Part shown: positions 52,201 to 63,991 of the stretch, piece by piece
Layout of the letters: the number at the start of each line of letters is the position of its first letter
Numbering within the stretch: the first letter of the stretch is position 1
Origin: Moniliella sp. 'wahieum'
Lineage: Eukaryota
Length of the DNA stretch: 64,000 nt
Reading direction: 5' to 3'
Assembly (NCBI GenBank): GCA_003971905.1
Contig: RSEE01000006.1
Coordinates: 744,001-808,000 of the forward strand
Made by a program: the position numbers and the translations under genes
The notes under the pieces: model-generated
Seen by the model: only the letters and a program-made list of their open reading frames with translations
What the model was told of the DNA's origin: nothing
Databases searched by the model: none

Positions 52201-52889
52201 TAGTGCGGAAGACATTGATCTGACCCAACGCGCTTGGAACCAAGATGGCGCGTCTGAATCGGTTCTTCTCCTTCACTCGCGAGTGGGATCGGCGGATATG
52301 AACTTGCTGGCTGCTGACACCGTGATCGTATGTCTTTTTTTTCCTTTTTGCTGCGGGTTAGGTTCGATTGCTAACGTGAGGTGCCCGGCCAGTTCTTTGG
52401 GCAGACTTGGTGCCCATGACCAATTGGTTCAATCTGGGCTACGTATGGCGTTTTGGGCAACACAAGGTACGCGTCCCCTTCTCCTTTGGTGGTCATGTGA
52501 CGGCGCTCTCTGACAGTGACATTCTAGTCGTTGCTGGTGCTCAATTTGTGACAGATGATAGTGCTGAGTCCCATTTGTTCTTGTGGACGCAAAGGGAGCT
52601 TGCCAAGCCAAAGATGGTCCGCAATTTGGATTCGTTCCCGACCAAGGAGTTGGAGCATGCTCTCAAGAATGGTCAACGGGACCTGTTCCTCGAAGGCGGC
52701 CTGAAAGAGAGTCCGTTGGACATTGCCTATTTGGACGAGGAAGTGGCGCAGCTCTTGGCACTGCGTGGGAAAGTGCAGACGCATGACGATGTCCCAAATG
52801 GGCTTCGGGGTCGGGTCGGGTTTGTGGGTCATCCTTCCGCCAGCGTCAAGCCCGTGGCCCGAGCACCCAAACCGACAAATGCCGGGTGA
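49273..52889 (+). CDS. PHD-finger + chromodomain-like + SNF2-fold protein (Mit1/CHD Mi-2-like) with degenerate ATPase motifs
   Basis: GGWLRCTECTASLHFKCL, CFICG, FRCRRCRRFAHYECL..WNCPDC; chromo-like VEKILAWR..REYLVKF and VLVKWVGLGYGDSSW; VLLTDDSGMGKTVEIV, PFLLLVP, SAKLILLSQIL..GHR, NLLAADTVI. Confidence 0.82.
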
Positions 52890-53442
52890 GCCGGGGAGCT
52901 CTCGAACATGTGTCTGGTATTCAGAGGATCGGCACATGCGAAACAGAGCTGTTAGCCTGAGGTCTGTGTCGAGGATCCTTCGCGCCGCCCGTGGTTGGGC
53001 CGTGTCTGTCTACCTTCTACCTATCGTGCACCGCATCCCATGTCACAGCCTGTAAGCCACCTCAGGCCCTCTAGCCCAGGCCGCCTCAGCTGAGGGCCCC
53101 ATTAATCAATCAAAATAATACATCATCCATCATCCATCCTCCGTCCTCTGTATCCTATCACCGAGACATGCTCGTTCAGACTCTAGTTTTCAAGACTTGT
53201 TTCACAGACCTCGCACCGCTGCCGCGCGGGTCTATAAAACGGGGCTGCGGACAAGGGGTTTCTCTCCTCCCCCCACCTCCATCAGTGCTTTGCGAGCCAC
53301 TTCTCACCGCTTGCCCCTTAGAGCCTGGTGCTCTTTGTGTCCTACCCCCTCTTCCCCCACAGCTGGATCTGTATCTCCCTTCTCCGAGTCCTGGTGACCG
53401 GTAAACCCCCCCCTCCACCCTTCCGCTCGCAACATCCACACC

Positions 53443-55598
53443 ATGGTCGTCCTTTCACCCGCTCTTGCCGCATTGACTGCACTGCTTGCCCTGGTTGGCG
53501 GCAGCCCCGTTGATGCGGCCTATTCTCTGGGCCGCAGCCCTCGCCGCGCGCAACCGCAGCGGAAGGCGTCCCAGCCTCGCGGTGCACCCCTGCCCGTCTC
53601 CTCCATTCGGCTCAACCCGCATGGGCGAGGGCCCAAGGCCCCGGTGGCATCGGCGAGCAGCGCTTTGCTGCCCGCAAGTCTCATCGCTCCAACCGATCCA
53701 ACCGTCAGAAGAGGTCGGTTGTGAACAGGTATGTCTGCCCACTCACCCTTATTCTTGGTGTTCTTCCATTCTGACCCATCCTTACCACGCTCAGAGTTCA
53801 AACTGCAGACGTGATGACCTTTCGGCTGGCCCGAGCTCGATTGCAGGGTACGTCACGGTCTCACACGAGTCTCTCTTGGTGCTCCCGCCCGCGGCCAGCC
53901 CGGGGGAACGTCTGGTGGTGAGAACACCATCCTCGGCAGTATTTTCCTTCACCCTGTCTACAATGCCAGCCTTGCTCAGCCCAATGCCACCACAGTAGTC
54001 ACAAGGGAACCCAGGAAGCACACAAGCTCGCTCTCCTGGATGAGACCGTGACCAACTACACGCTTGAGGCCAGCCAGCTAGAGCGTACGCTCCTCTACAT
54101 TGTCCCGTCCGATGCCACGGAGCAGCACATGCTGGGTCAGATCATTTCCCCCGACCAGCGGGGTGACTTCGGACGAAGTGAGCGATGTGGTGCTCGAAAC
54201 GGTCACGGTCAACGTGGTTGTACCGATGCTCAATGCCACAGCTACAGCTCAAAACTGGTGTGCAACCTTTTCTACCGTGCCTGCACCACTGCATCTCGAA
54301 GCCTGCACCTACTCTCCTGGGTATGTGGGAGAGCTGTCTAGCCAGAGGTTCCAGTACTCTCCTACCACCGGAACGCTCTTGCCGCTCTTCGTCCAGGAAC
54401 ACCCTGGCTCAATTGCGACTGGCAGCTGGGGCAAATCCGCCAACAAACATGCTGGCGGGCAACGACAACAGAACCAGATTCTTGACCACCACGGTTCTAG
54501 CGATGACCTGAGCCTCAGCACCAGCATTGAAGCCTTGATGACCAACGATGACGCTTCGAGCTTTGCCGTATCGCAAACCATGTATTACAACTTGACTTTT
54601 GTCCCTGCGGCTGCTGAGCCACCTCTGCCGCTTGCCCCGTGCGCAAACGGATCGCCGACGAGCTCGGTGCCTGTTCCTGTGCCCACCGTCCGCTCGTCCG
54701 CGTCGGCTCGCTCGGGTGGAGAACGGGGCACGGCAACCAACTCGGCTAGGCCAAGTGGGTCTACGAGCTACAAATGGCACTCGCACAGCAAATCGCGCAG
54801 TGCTGCTCCTTCCTCCCTGGATTCACTCAAGCCCATCCGGCATAGCCATCACTACTCGGCCTCCAAGCCGAGCGAGACGGTTACGGTTACGGATGCCACC
54901 CCTACCCAGCATCAACGGAGCAGTAGCTCCCTGTTGTCTGTGCTGCCCAGTGCGAGCCACCACCGCCACCACCACAGCCATTCCATTGTCAACAGCCCGC
55001 AACCGGTCGCGTCCAGTGTGAGTCATTCCGCTCATCACCCGGGGAGCAGCAGCCAACCATCAACTCCATCGATGGAGTCGTCCGCGACACACCACCACCC
55101 CGCCCACTCGTCGGGTCACACTTCCCACCACCGGTCCTCGAGCGTGATGTCCGTTTCGTTGCCCATGTCATCACAGGTCACCAGTCTCTCCATTATGCCG
55201 CTCCCCGCCAACTCGGGCAGCGGGTGGGAGTCGACGGCGTCCTGGATGCCCATCTTATCTGGGTCGCTGCAATCATCGGAGCCGACCAAGAAGTCGGAAT
55301 CGAAGAGCAAGACGGAAGAGCAACCAACCAGCGCTTCGTCCTCCCCGGCCGGGCCAGCCCACGCTTCTACCTCGTCTTCGGACGGCAAGCCGTCCCCGCA
55401 CCCGCTCAGTTCCAACGCCCACCCCTCCAAGTCGTCGTTGGTTGTGTGCCTGCCGCCTCGTCGCAGCAGGAGACTTCTTTGACACTGGTACCTTCCCTCC
55501 CGGCTTCGTCCTTGAGCTCAGCAGTTCTGCGGGTACCACCCTCTTTGCTGTTCCTGTGTAAGGGCGAAGCGCAACCAAGTAAGCCCACCTGGTTCTAA
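53443..55598 (+). CDS. Predicted secreted protein with a Ser/His/Pro-rich C-terminal half
   Basis: Signal MVVLSPALAALTALLALVGGSP, intron near 53729-53794, segment NWCATFSTVPAPLHLEAC..SQRFQYSPTTGTLLP, then S/H-rich low complexity. 3' end uncertain. Confidence 0.6.
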
Positions 55599-56142
55599 CC
55601 GGAGCCATCGACGGTCAGGCCGCCTTGCCTCAGTGTTGATGATCATCTCGCAGGCGCACCTTGGCTTTTTGGGGGGTCCTATGCACTTGAATCCCTGACT
55701 TGTTACTAGCACATGCTCCTAGTGTCACTCTATCCACCGTTCAATGTATATTTCTGTCCATGCAACGGCTATGTACAAAGGGCATAGTATTCGGTTCGTT
55801 CTTCAGACGCAGCAATCGCGTTCGCTTCTCGCCCGCCTGCTGGGTCAATCCGAACCCTGACCTAAAATTCTCCCGCCTGGGGTCAAAGAAACTCAAGTAC
55901 CGTTTTTGTGTCGAGGCCAAAAGAAGGGGTGCATTGGTGTGTTTCCAAGCAAGAAAACATGTTCCGAGCAAGGGAGAAAGGATAGAAAGAAGGAAAGAAA
56001 TGGTGAAAAAAAGAAAGGCAGGAACGCTGGCAGGGGGGAACAAAGGAAAGACGGCAGCCAAGGCAGCCAGCGAAAGGATAAGAACGAATGGAGGAGTAGC
56101 CACGGCAACCAGCAGGATGAACGCAGCTGGGACAGGGTTGTG

Positions 56143-59100
56143 TTAAGCGCTGGCCAAAAGGCGCTCCAGGGCCCGGTCCACACGGTAGTTGCTCGCCTCC
56201 AACGCGGCCAGCACCTTGACACGCGGGAAACCCATTGCGGTCAACTGCTTCACCGGCCGCGCATCGCCCGGCTGAGCGGCATCGGCCGCAGGGGCCGCAG
56301 CAGGGGCAGCGGTAGGGGTAGCGGCAGGGACAGCGGCAGGGACAGCGGCAGATGCTGGCTTCGAGGGGCGCCAAAGGAATCATCAAATGCATCAGCAAAC
56401 GGGGCGGGAGCCGCCGCCTTGGTGGCGACAGGGGCGGTCGAGCCAAACGCATCGTCAAACCCAGCGAACAAATCGGGAGCCTGGGAACGAGAGGCGGGTG
56501 GACCAGACTTGGCCGCGGTGACCGGGGGAGGAAGCAAAGGACGGAGCAAAAGTAAAGTCCGGTTCGAATGGATCCTCCGAGGCTGGCGCCTTGGCCAAAG
56601 CAGCCGAGGCGGCAGGGGGAGGCGCACTAAAGTTGGCAAAGGCAGAGTCAAAGTCGTCCAGAGCCGATGTAGTGGGCGCTGGCGCTGGCGCAGCCTGGGC
56701 ACGCACAGGTACAGCGGGCGGCGCACGACAAGTACTTCCTTCTTCCGGGCGACGGGCCGAACGCGAGCCGTTCAGGTCCTCGGGGCCTCCGTCGTCTTGC
56801 GACGAATTTACCGTCTGTGGCACTGGGGCAACACCAGTGAATGCATTGCCAAATCCATCATCAAAGCGACTCGGCACGGCGGAAGGAGCGGCGGGAGCAG
56901 GAGCGTCGAATGCGCCAAAGGCATCGTCAAACCCACTCGCACTGGCCTTGGGGGGTGCAGGTGCAGGAGCCGACGCGACATGAGAGGCATTGCCAAATGG
57001 ATTGGCAGCCTGCGGGTCCTCGCCTGCTTCCACTCCCCGGGCAGAGGGTGTGGCCGCCACTGAAGTAGTAGCGCCATGGCTTTCCTTTTCGGTGGGGGCA
57101 GCGTCAACCAAGGTGGTGGGTTCAGGAGCAGGGTTCTTGAGCTGCTCCAACTCGTGAGCCAAGCGGTCGTGATCGGCCTGGGCGGAGGCAAGTTGCTTTT
57201 GCGCAATAGCATGGAGCCCCTTTTGGTGGCGGGCGTCCTTGCGCACCTTGTCCACTTCCTCGCGCAGGGCTTGGGTTTGAGCTTCCACCTCCCCCACGCG
57301 AGTCTGCAGGGTCCGCGCTTCCTCCCGGTCCTTTAGTAGCGCTTGCTCCAACTCATCTTTGCTTGCCTTGAGGGCACTGAGCGTGCTCTCTTCATGGATC
57401 AACTCTGCCCGCACCGCCTTGACCTCATCCGTTTGAGCCTTACTTTTGCGTTCCAGCTCCCGCACCAGCTTCCGCTCCTTTTCCAACTCACTTTGAACCT
57501 CGCCGTACCGCCCAGGGCCGGTGGCAGAAGCCGCGGCATCAAAATGTTCTCACTCTCAGGGGCCACTGGGGTGGCTGCGCTCGGCGGGGCTGCCGAAGTC
57601 GATCGAGCCGCCGAGCCCGACGCGGCAGCCGATGCCAATGGGGCAGCCGAAGCGGCAGGAGAAGGAGCGGACGGGTTGAAGTTGTCTTCAAACCCATTCG
57701 TGGCCGGCAGCGGACTCCGGACAACAGCGGGGGATGCGATCGAAGGGGAGGCAGCGGCTGCGGGACCCATGCTACCCGTCCGACTGGGTGGGGGTCTGAA
57801 TGCCGAGTCGGCCCGAATCGGCGGCTGCGGCAGAGGCGCATCGTCGTCCATCAGCGAGAAGAGATCACGCTGTGTCTCATTTTGGGGCGCCGGAGCAGGG
57901 GCTGAGATGTGGCGGAGCGAAGGGGGGATGAGAGTCGAAGGTAGGGTGGAAGGAACTTCTTTCCCTCCCAACTTGCGGTTAATGAGGTGCATGGCAACCG
58001 CAAACTCGTCGCGGGAGAGGGATCCTGTCTGGGTAATATCGGCCAAGTCCCTGAAGAGCCACATTGAGGTTAGTCCCAGAGAGGAAAAAGTAGAGATGAA
58101 GGAAAAAGAAGGACGCACCAAACATGAGCCAGTGTGGCCTCGTCCAGCTTGGACTGCATGAGGAACGGGACGACAGCCGCTCCTTCTAGCGCACCCGTCT
58201 TGCCTGTGTCAAGCCCATCAAAGTACCGATCAAAGTTGCCCTTTTCAGCGGGGCTGATGTCCCATGCGGCTCCAGCGGACACAGGCGCTGCGGCAGCGGG
58301 GGCAACCGAAACAGGACGCAACGAGGTTTGGCCCGTGTGTTGGGCACTAAGCCCAGTCGTTTGAGGCCACACCAGTGTATTGCGATGGAATGCCAGTGTG
58401 TTGCGTTGACACGCCCGACACCCGTCGTGCTGCCACGGAAGGCGAACGGGCAAAGCCGGTAGAAGCGCCGGTGTGCTGGGCGGTGAGCGGGAGCGGGAAG
58501 AAGACCGTTCGTTGCCAAAGAAACCGCCCAATGCAGAACCGGAGCGGGTAGGCCTCACGCCACCAAGAGCCTGCTCGTAGAGACCAGGCGGCAGGCTAGT
58601 CGGGAGGGAGGGTATGTCGTTGTTCATGTGTGCTGATAAAGTACATGCCCAACGTAAAGTCGGTCAAGTCGAGCGCCCCACGGCTGCCGGTGTCGGCAAG
58701 AGTCAGATGGCGCCGAGCTTGTCCCAAGGCAAGTTGGACTTGACAAAGATGTCGCGGGCCTTGTCGCCCTCGAGCAAGCCGCCGACGGGCGCAGCAGAAG
58801 CAAAGATGCGGCTGTAGCGGGCACGGTCGTCGGCGGTGAGGGGCGGAAAGGCAGGGATGCGGCTGAGGGCTGGGGCAGAGTGATGCCGTCAACTGGGGTG
58901 GGGGGGGCGGGCTGGGCGATGAGAGCGGGTGATGGGCTGGCCACGCTGGGCATGGGCGACGAGGCGGAGTGCGACGCTGAAGGCGGGCGGGGTCAGGAAG
59001 CCGTTTCTTCCTGGTCGGCAGGCTCCAGATCTCGCTGAGGGTGGAGGCAGGCAGGCGGGGCGGGCGCGAAGAAGCGGACGGCGTCGGCGCCGGAGATGAG

Positions 59101-59184
59101 GCCGTGTTGGATGGGTCGGCGAGGCGCCAGAGATGGGCAAAGGCGGGCGCCTCGGGGCGAGAGCGCGATGCTGGGCACGGGCAT
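56143..59184 (-). CDS. EDE1: EH-domain endocytic scaffold Ede1/Eps15 (three EH domains, coiled coil, DPF/NPF/FDDAF motifs, C-terminal UBA); indels present
   Basis: FAHLWRLADPSN..ISGADAVRFF..LSEIWSL; WDISPAEKGNFDRYFDGLD..SKLDEATLAHVW|DLADITQTGSLSRDEFAVAMHLI; coiled coil at 57150-57490; UBA LTAMGFPRVKVLAALEASNYRVDRALERLL. Confidence 0.92.
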
Positions 59185-59638
59185 GCGGCAGGCACGGGGG
59201 GGGGCAGGCAGGCGCCGAAGAAGGCGGTTGCGTGGTGAGGTGAGTGGTGAGCGTCGCCTGAACGCTGAGCAGCGCCGAGGCTCAGCCTGGGTCTGGGTGC
59301 GCCCATCCGAGACGTGCTGAGTCCGAGGCGCGCTGGCCGCTGGCGCTGCGACGGAATGCCGCTCCCGGGCGGAAGCAGCGGGGCGGAAGCGGAAGCCGCT
59401 TTGGGTATTAGTAGTGGGTGTGGCGGATGCGCTGATGACGCGATGACGCGCTGCTGGTCGCTGCGCTGGTCACCTGATCGGGCTGCCCCGATAAGCAAGC
59501 GGTGATGACGTAGGCGGCGGCTCCTGTTTGTCCAGTCACGTGCACCCCGCCGCCGGTGGCGCAGCACAGGGCGACAGGCGCCAGGCCGAGGTCATAGGCA
59601 GCAAGTTGGACCTGACATATACTCCCACCCACCGCACC

Positions 59639-61915
59639 ATGTCCTTGGATGCCGATCGCTTGGCCGCCACCGTGTCTGCGTGTGCTCAACTCCATCCGGC
59701 CACCCTCCACAAGCCGCGCCCCTTCCCTCCCCGCCGCCATCCTGGTTGCCCGCTCCACGACATCTTCCAGGCCTCCCTCTACACCGTCTGCGAGGGCAAT
59801 GCGCTGTGGTACCCCTATGCGGCCGCATCGGCGATGTGGCATTCGAGTCGCGACGGCCCACCTCCAGGTCCTCTTCAATGCCCTCGACGGCCCCCCCGTC
59901 TCTGAGCCGACTGCGACCCAGAATGCCCCGCCCCACCCTTATCCGCCCGCCCGCCGCACCAGCAGGCGCAGCCACAGTCACAGCCCCAGCCCAGCCCCAG
60001 CCCCATCAGGCGCACCTCTCGTTCCCATCTCTTCCAGCCCCCGCAGGCGCGATGTGCCCGCCCGAATAGCTTCCTCGTCCCCTACCAGCCCCACCCCTCC
60101 CTCCCCTCCCCTCCCGCACTCTTTTCACGCCCGGCGTCTCGGGCCAGCTGCGTCGGCAGGCCTCTCTGAGAGATATGCTGCATCTCCCCCATCACCGATA
60201 CCCTGTGCACCGCCCTCCCGCCCTCGACCCGGCGGTGCTGAACCTGCAAAAACCACGAGATGGCCTAGTGCGCCACGCTTTTCCCGTGACGTGAGCTGGG
60301 TCAAAGCGGCCCCAGGTGGAGGCTTTCCTGTGCATGGACTCCCCGTGGGCGGTACGCTGGGGTTTACCGTTGGTCGCGATGATGGCGCAATCATGGTGTT
60401 GCGCAACCCCGTAGAGCGTGAACTGAGCCTGGCCCAAGGCGTTGTTCGAGCTTACCTGTCTCAGCACATGGGATGGATCATGCAAACATATGCTCCCACC
60501 TTCAATTTACGCGAGGGTGACGTTTTCTTCATCACCACCGTCGAGCGTACCTCGGATTGGGCCTTTAGTGTTCACCATAAGGCAGAGCGTGCCTTTGAGA
60601 TGACCTGTTACATTTCCCCCTTTGTCAACACAGGCTTCTGGGGGCATTGGGGCTGCCACTGCAAATGCCAAGCAGGGTCCTCCCCGGACGACGACGGGAA
60701 GCTATTCCAGCCCCACGCACAGACCACCCCCACTCTCACTTCCCATTCCCCCCACCTCAACCTCCCCCTGCAACACCCCTTCCAAACAAGCCACCTCGCC
60801 TCTTGCGCAAACGTATGCACATCCCTCCACGTGGTCCCCGAGACCGTCCCAATTCACCGCCTCCCCTTCCTCCAAAGGACAAAGCCAAAGACGCAACTCT
60901 CCACGAAGTGTCCCTGGGGCCTGTCCCTTCTTCGGACCAGTCATTATTTGGCTGGGTCCCCGCGCCTGTCACGCCCAGCTCTGTTGGGGTTATATTTGCT
61001 CCTACCCCTTACCAACTCAGTGTCCCCACCAGTGCCCCGCCCTCTGGCATCGTTCCTTCCCAGGCCCTGGGGCAACCTGGGTTCCAATGGGGGACTCAGG
61101 CGCAAGTCGGACTGACCGGTACAGGGCCCAGTGGAACTTACTCTGTTGGACTCAATGCCTCCTACCAATCGCCTCTTTCAGTGGGCACGAATTTGGGGGG
61201 CGGAGGACCGGCACCGTCACCTATGCCGGCCCTCAGCGTTGGCCAATCGACCCAGCCTCCCTTCTTGGGATCGGCTGCTCCAGCCGGTGCAACGCCGATC
61301 CCAATGGAACCTGCACATCCCGAAGGACTGTTATCCAACTGGTGGGCCATGCATCCTTCTACTGCCTCCTTACCCCGAAGCCAAGCGGTTGTCATTCGTC
61401 GGCAAAGTCTCTCCCGGCCCTTGTTGCTGCACGCGAGCGCTGATGACGGACGCCCCTCTCACTTGCCCCCCCGTCCGTCCGATGGCGAGGGTTGCCAGGA
61501 CCCGCTCCTCCATCTCCACTCCATCCTGCACTGGCACGCAGGTGCTGCCAATCCCACCTGGGCCACGGACCAGCTGGTTGCGCACCTGCTCCGTAAGACC
61601 CTCTCTTTCAGGAACGGCACGGTGGAGAAACGGTTGTGGGCGGCGGCACAATGGCTCGAGGTGTATACGGAAGATGGAGTGGTGCTAGGCCGGATGCGGT
61701 CTACCCCTCGTCCGTGGGTCGGCCCGGTGCCTAGGATTGCTTGTCAACAGACCTATAACGAAACTTCACCCCCACCTGCCAGGTCTCCCGCTGCGCCCGA
61801 GCAGCGCTTGGGGATACCTCTTGTCCTGCGCTCCGCTACTCCCCGCTCGTCGGATACCTCTTCGTACACCAGCCCACGCCGAAGTCCCTTGTCGCGCAGC
61901 CGACCTGTAGCGTAG
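59639..61915 (+). CDS. Hypothetical protein, candidate gasdermin-like fold with Pro-rich insertions; indels present
   Basis: EGNALWYP..RIGDVAF..VLFNAL; PVGGTLGFTVGRDDGAIMVL; VVRAYLSQHMGWI..DVFFITTVERTSDWAF; later SQAVVIRRQSL and DPLLHLHSIL. The gene is credible; the fold call is inference only. Confidence 0.5.
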
Positions 61916-62057
61916 CCCAGATGCTGCAATCACACAGGAAGGAAGCAGGAATCACTATGAATGTGTGTGGATATATAAAACTGCGGTACCTGTACCCCAT
62001 CGGAAACCAATTCTGAGTGTGCCATGCATGAGGTAAGACAGCGAGGAGAAGGCGGTT

Positions 62058-62568
62058 TTAGGCCACCAGCTGAATCACACCGCCCGCCTCCTTGATCTTG
62101 TACTCGGCGGCAGCCGAGACAAAGCGAGCCTTGACAATGAAGGGGAGCTTGGGAAGGTTGCCCTTGGCGAGCACCTTGCCGTAGCCAGCGGCCAGGTGTC
62201 AATGACAGGCACCTCGGTCGAGCTCTCCGTCAGGCCCTCGCGCGCCGAAGCCGGGACCAAGGTCCAGAGCTTGTCCAGGTTGATCACAGGGCGCCAGTAG
62301 TGGTTGTCAAGCTGGTGGAAGTGGCGCATACCGACCTTACCAAAGTACCCAGGGTGGTACTTGTCAAAGTTGGTGCGGTGGTGGTGCTGACCACCGGCGA
62401 GACCGCGACCACCCGGGTGCTTGCGGTGCTTGCTGTTGTCGCACGGGTCAGCGCATGCCTTGGGCCAACAGCAAAGGCAGGAAAAGAGAGAAGTACGCAC
62501 CCGATACGGCCGTGACCGGAGGAAACGTGGCCACGGTGCTTGCGGGTGTTGTGCAGACGAGTGGGCAT
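62058..62568 (-). CDS. RPL28: 60S ribosomal protein uL15 (yeast L28 / L27a)
   Basis: [23 protein letters not shown]|intron|[56 protein letters not shown]. Confidence 0.97.
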
Positions 62569-63128
62569 GGCTGGTGGTGGCTTGGCTCGAGTGGGATCAG
62601 GCCGAGTTGGGGCATTCAAAGGCGGCCCTGGCCGCAGGCGTTGGCCGTCGTGTTGTGCAGTAGGGTTCCGCACAGGTGCACAGGGGCAGTGTGCTCCTAC
62701 CGCAGCATTTTATTTTTCCAATGTAGGGTTGTCTCCCCCTCTCAGATCTTCGTGACCATGGATTCGTCTTTGGATCGTGGTATGATTCGTGGTTCTACTA
62801 CCTCAGATCGACTACAGCACGGGTGACCTTCAAGCTTCACTCCGGAAAGAATCGGATGTGTTTGGATATCATATCTGGTCCATCACGGTTTACCTTTCCA
62901 AGTCCAACGACAACCGTTGAGATGTGACGCATTCGGTGCGCTGTGCCCTGCGCCACCTCGATGCTACGGCAGGAATTGAGCTTGCTGGCGGAGGAAGGGG
63001 CAGGAAAGTGATCGTGCAGCCGGCCGAGCAAGATCAGGAGGGGCTGAATCGATGGCAGCTGTCGATGGCGGGTTGCCTGTTGACCGTCGGCAGGTGAGGC
63101 AGCTGGTCAAGCATCTTTTCGAATTGAA

Positions 63129-63184
63129 CGAGCGAGCTTAAATGGTTGTTCATCTCGAGCGAGCTTAAATAAGGTTGTTCATCT
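63129..63184. repeat. Tandem duplication of a 27/29-bp unit
   Basis: CGAGCGAGCTTAAAT(AA)GGTTGTTCATCT occurs twice. Confidence 0.85.
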
Positions 63185-63467
63185 CTTGAGGCCTTTTAGG
63201 ACCCTGAGTCTGACTAGAGCTAGTCATATTCTTCTGCTGCATCGCCATCGAGTCATCACCAAAGCCTCAGCGATCCTTCAGGTATCGGATCTCTCATCTT
63301 CCATCTCTGAGAGGCCTGAGGGCCGGACGTGTAACAGACACGGACACTTGTTGTAGGATGCGAGATGTGAGTGGCGAGAGGCATCGATGATAGTACAGTC
63401 ATGGAAGTGGCAGCAATGCGGGGGGAGGGAGGGCAAGAGACCGGCGAAGCGGGTGCACCAACAACAT

Positions 63468-63991
63468 TTACTTCTTCAGCGTCGCTGGGTGAGCATGAGC
63501 TGGTACATCTTCCTCATGGTCCGGATTGTAGATTTGGGTGGTGGCTTCCTTGAGCTCGGCAAGCTGGGCCACCTGCTCGTCTCGACAACTGGGCAGAAAC
63601 AGGTCAGAAGCGGTCATGGGAAGAGTACGAAAACAGCCCTACCTGGTCGAGGCGGCTGAGAACCGAAATGGGATCAGCGTCCACAGCGGAAGTTGAAGTT
63701 GAAGCGCGGGGCGCCGAGTGAAGGAGCATGCCAGGGGCAGCGTATAGACCGCGCACATATGCGTTCCATTCAGCAAAGAAACGATCCAGCTGGGCGGCTG
63801 AAGCACCGGTGCGGTGGCGGCGGAACTCATCCTTCACATAGGCGTCGCCCAGCGAGCGCATCTCGGGAGCGGATAGGTAGCGGTGCACGCGCAGGACCGA
63901 GCGGTAGAGGAGCGAGCGGCACGGCCGCCGTCGGCGGCGGGAGTGGCAGAGGAGCGCCGGCGGCAGCGCGCGCAACGAGCGAGGCAAGCAT
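63468..63991 (-). CDS. SDH7: Succinate dehydrogenase assembly factor 3 (Acn9/Sdh7, LYR family)
   Basis: LYRSVLRVHRYL..EMRSLGDAYVKDEFRRHR..FFAEWNAY, intron near 63591-63644, last exon ..DEQVAQLAELKEA..LKK*. Confidence 0.88.

Noticed and set aside
55906..57063. 385-aa plus-strand ORF and similar long antisense ORFs elsewhere
   Set aside because: These are shadow frames of GC-rich genes (here EDE1) with Arg/Gly-biased, non-domain composition.
3387..63991. Calling the frameshifted genes pseudogenes or programmed-frameshift genes
   Set aside because: Essential, otherwise well-conserved genes are affected and there are no consistent slippery motifs; assembly error is more parsimonious.
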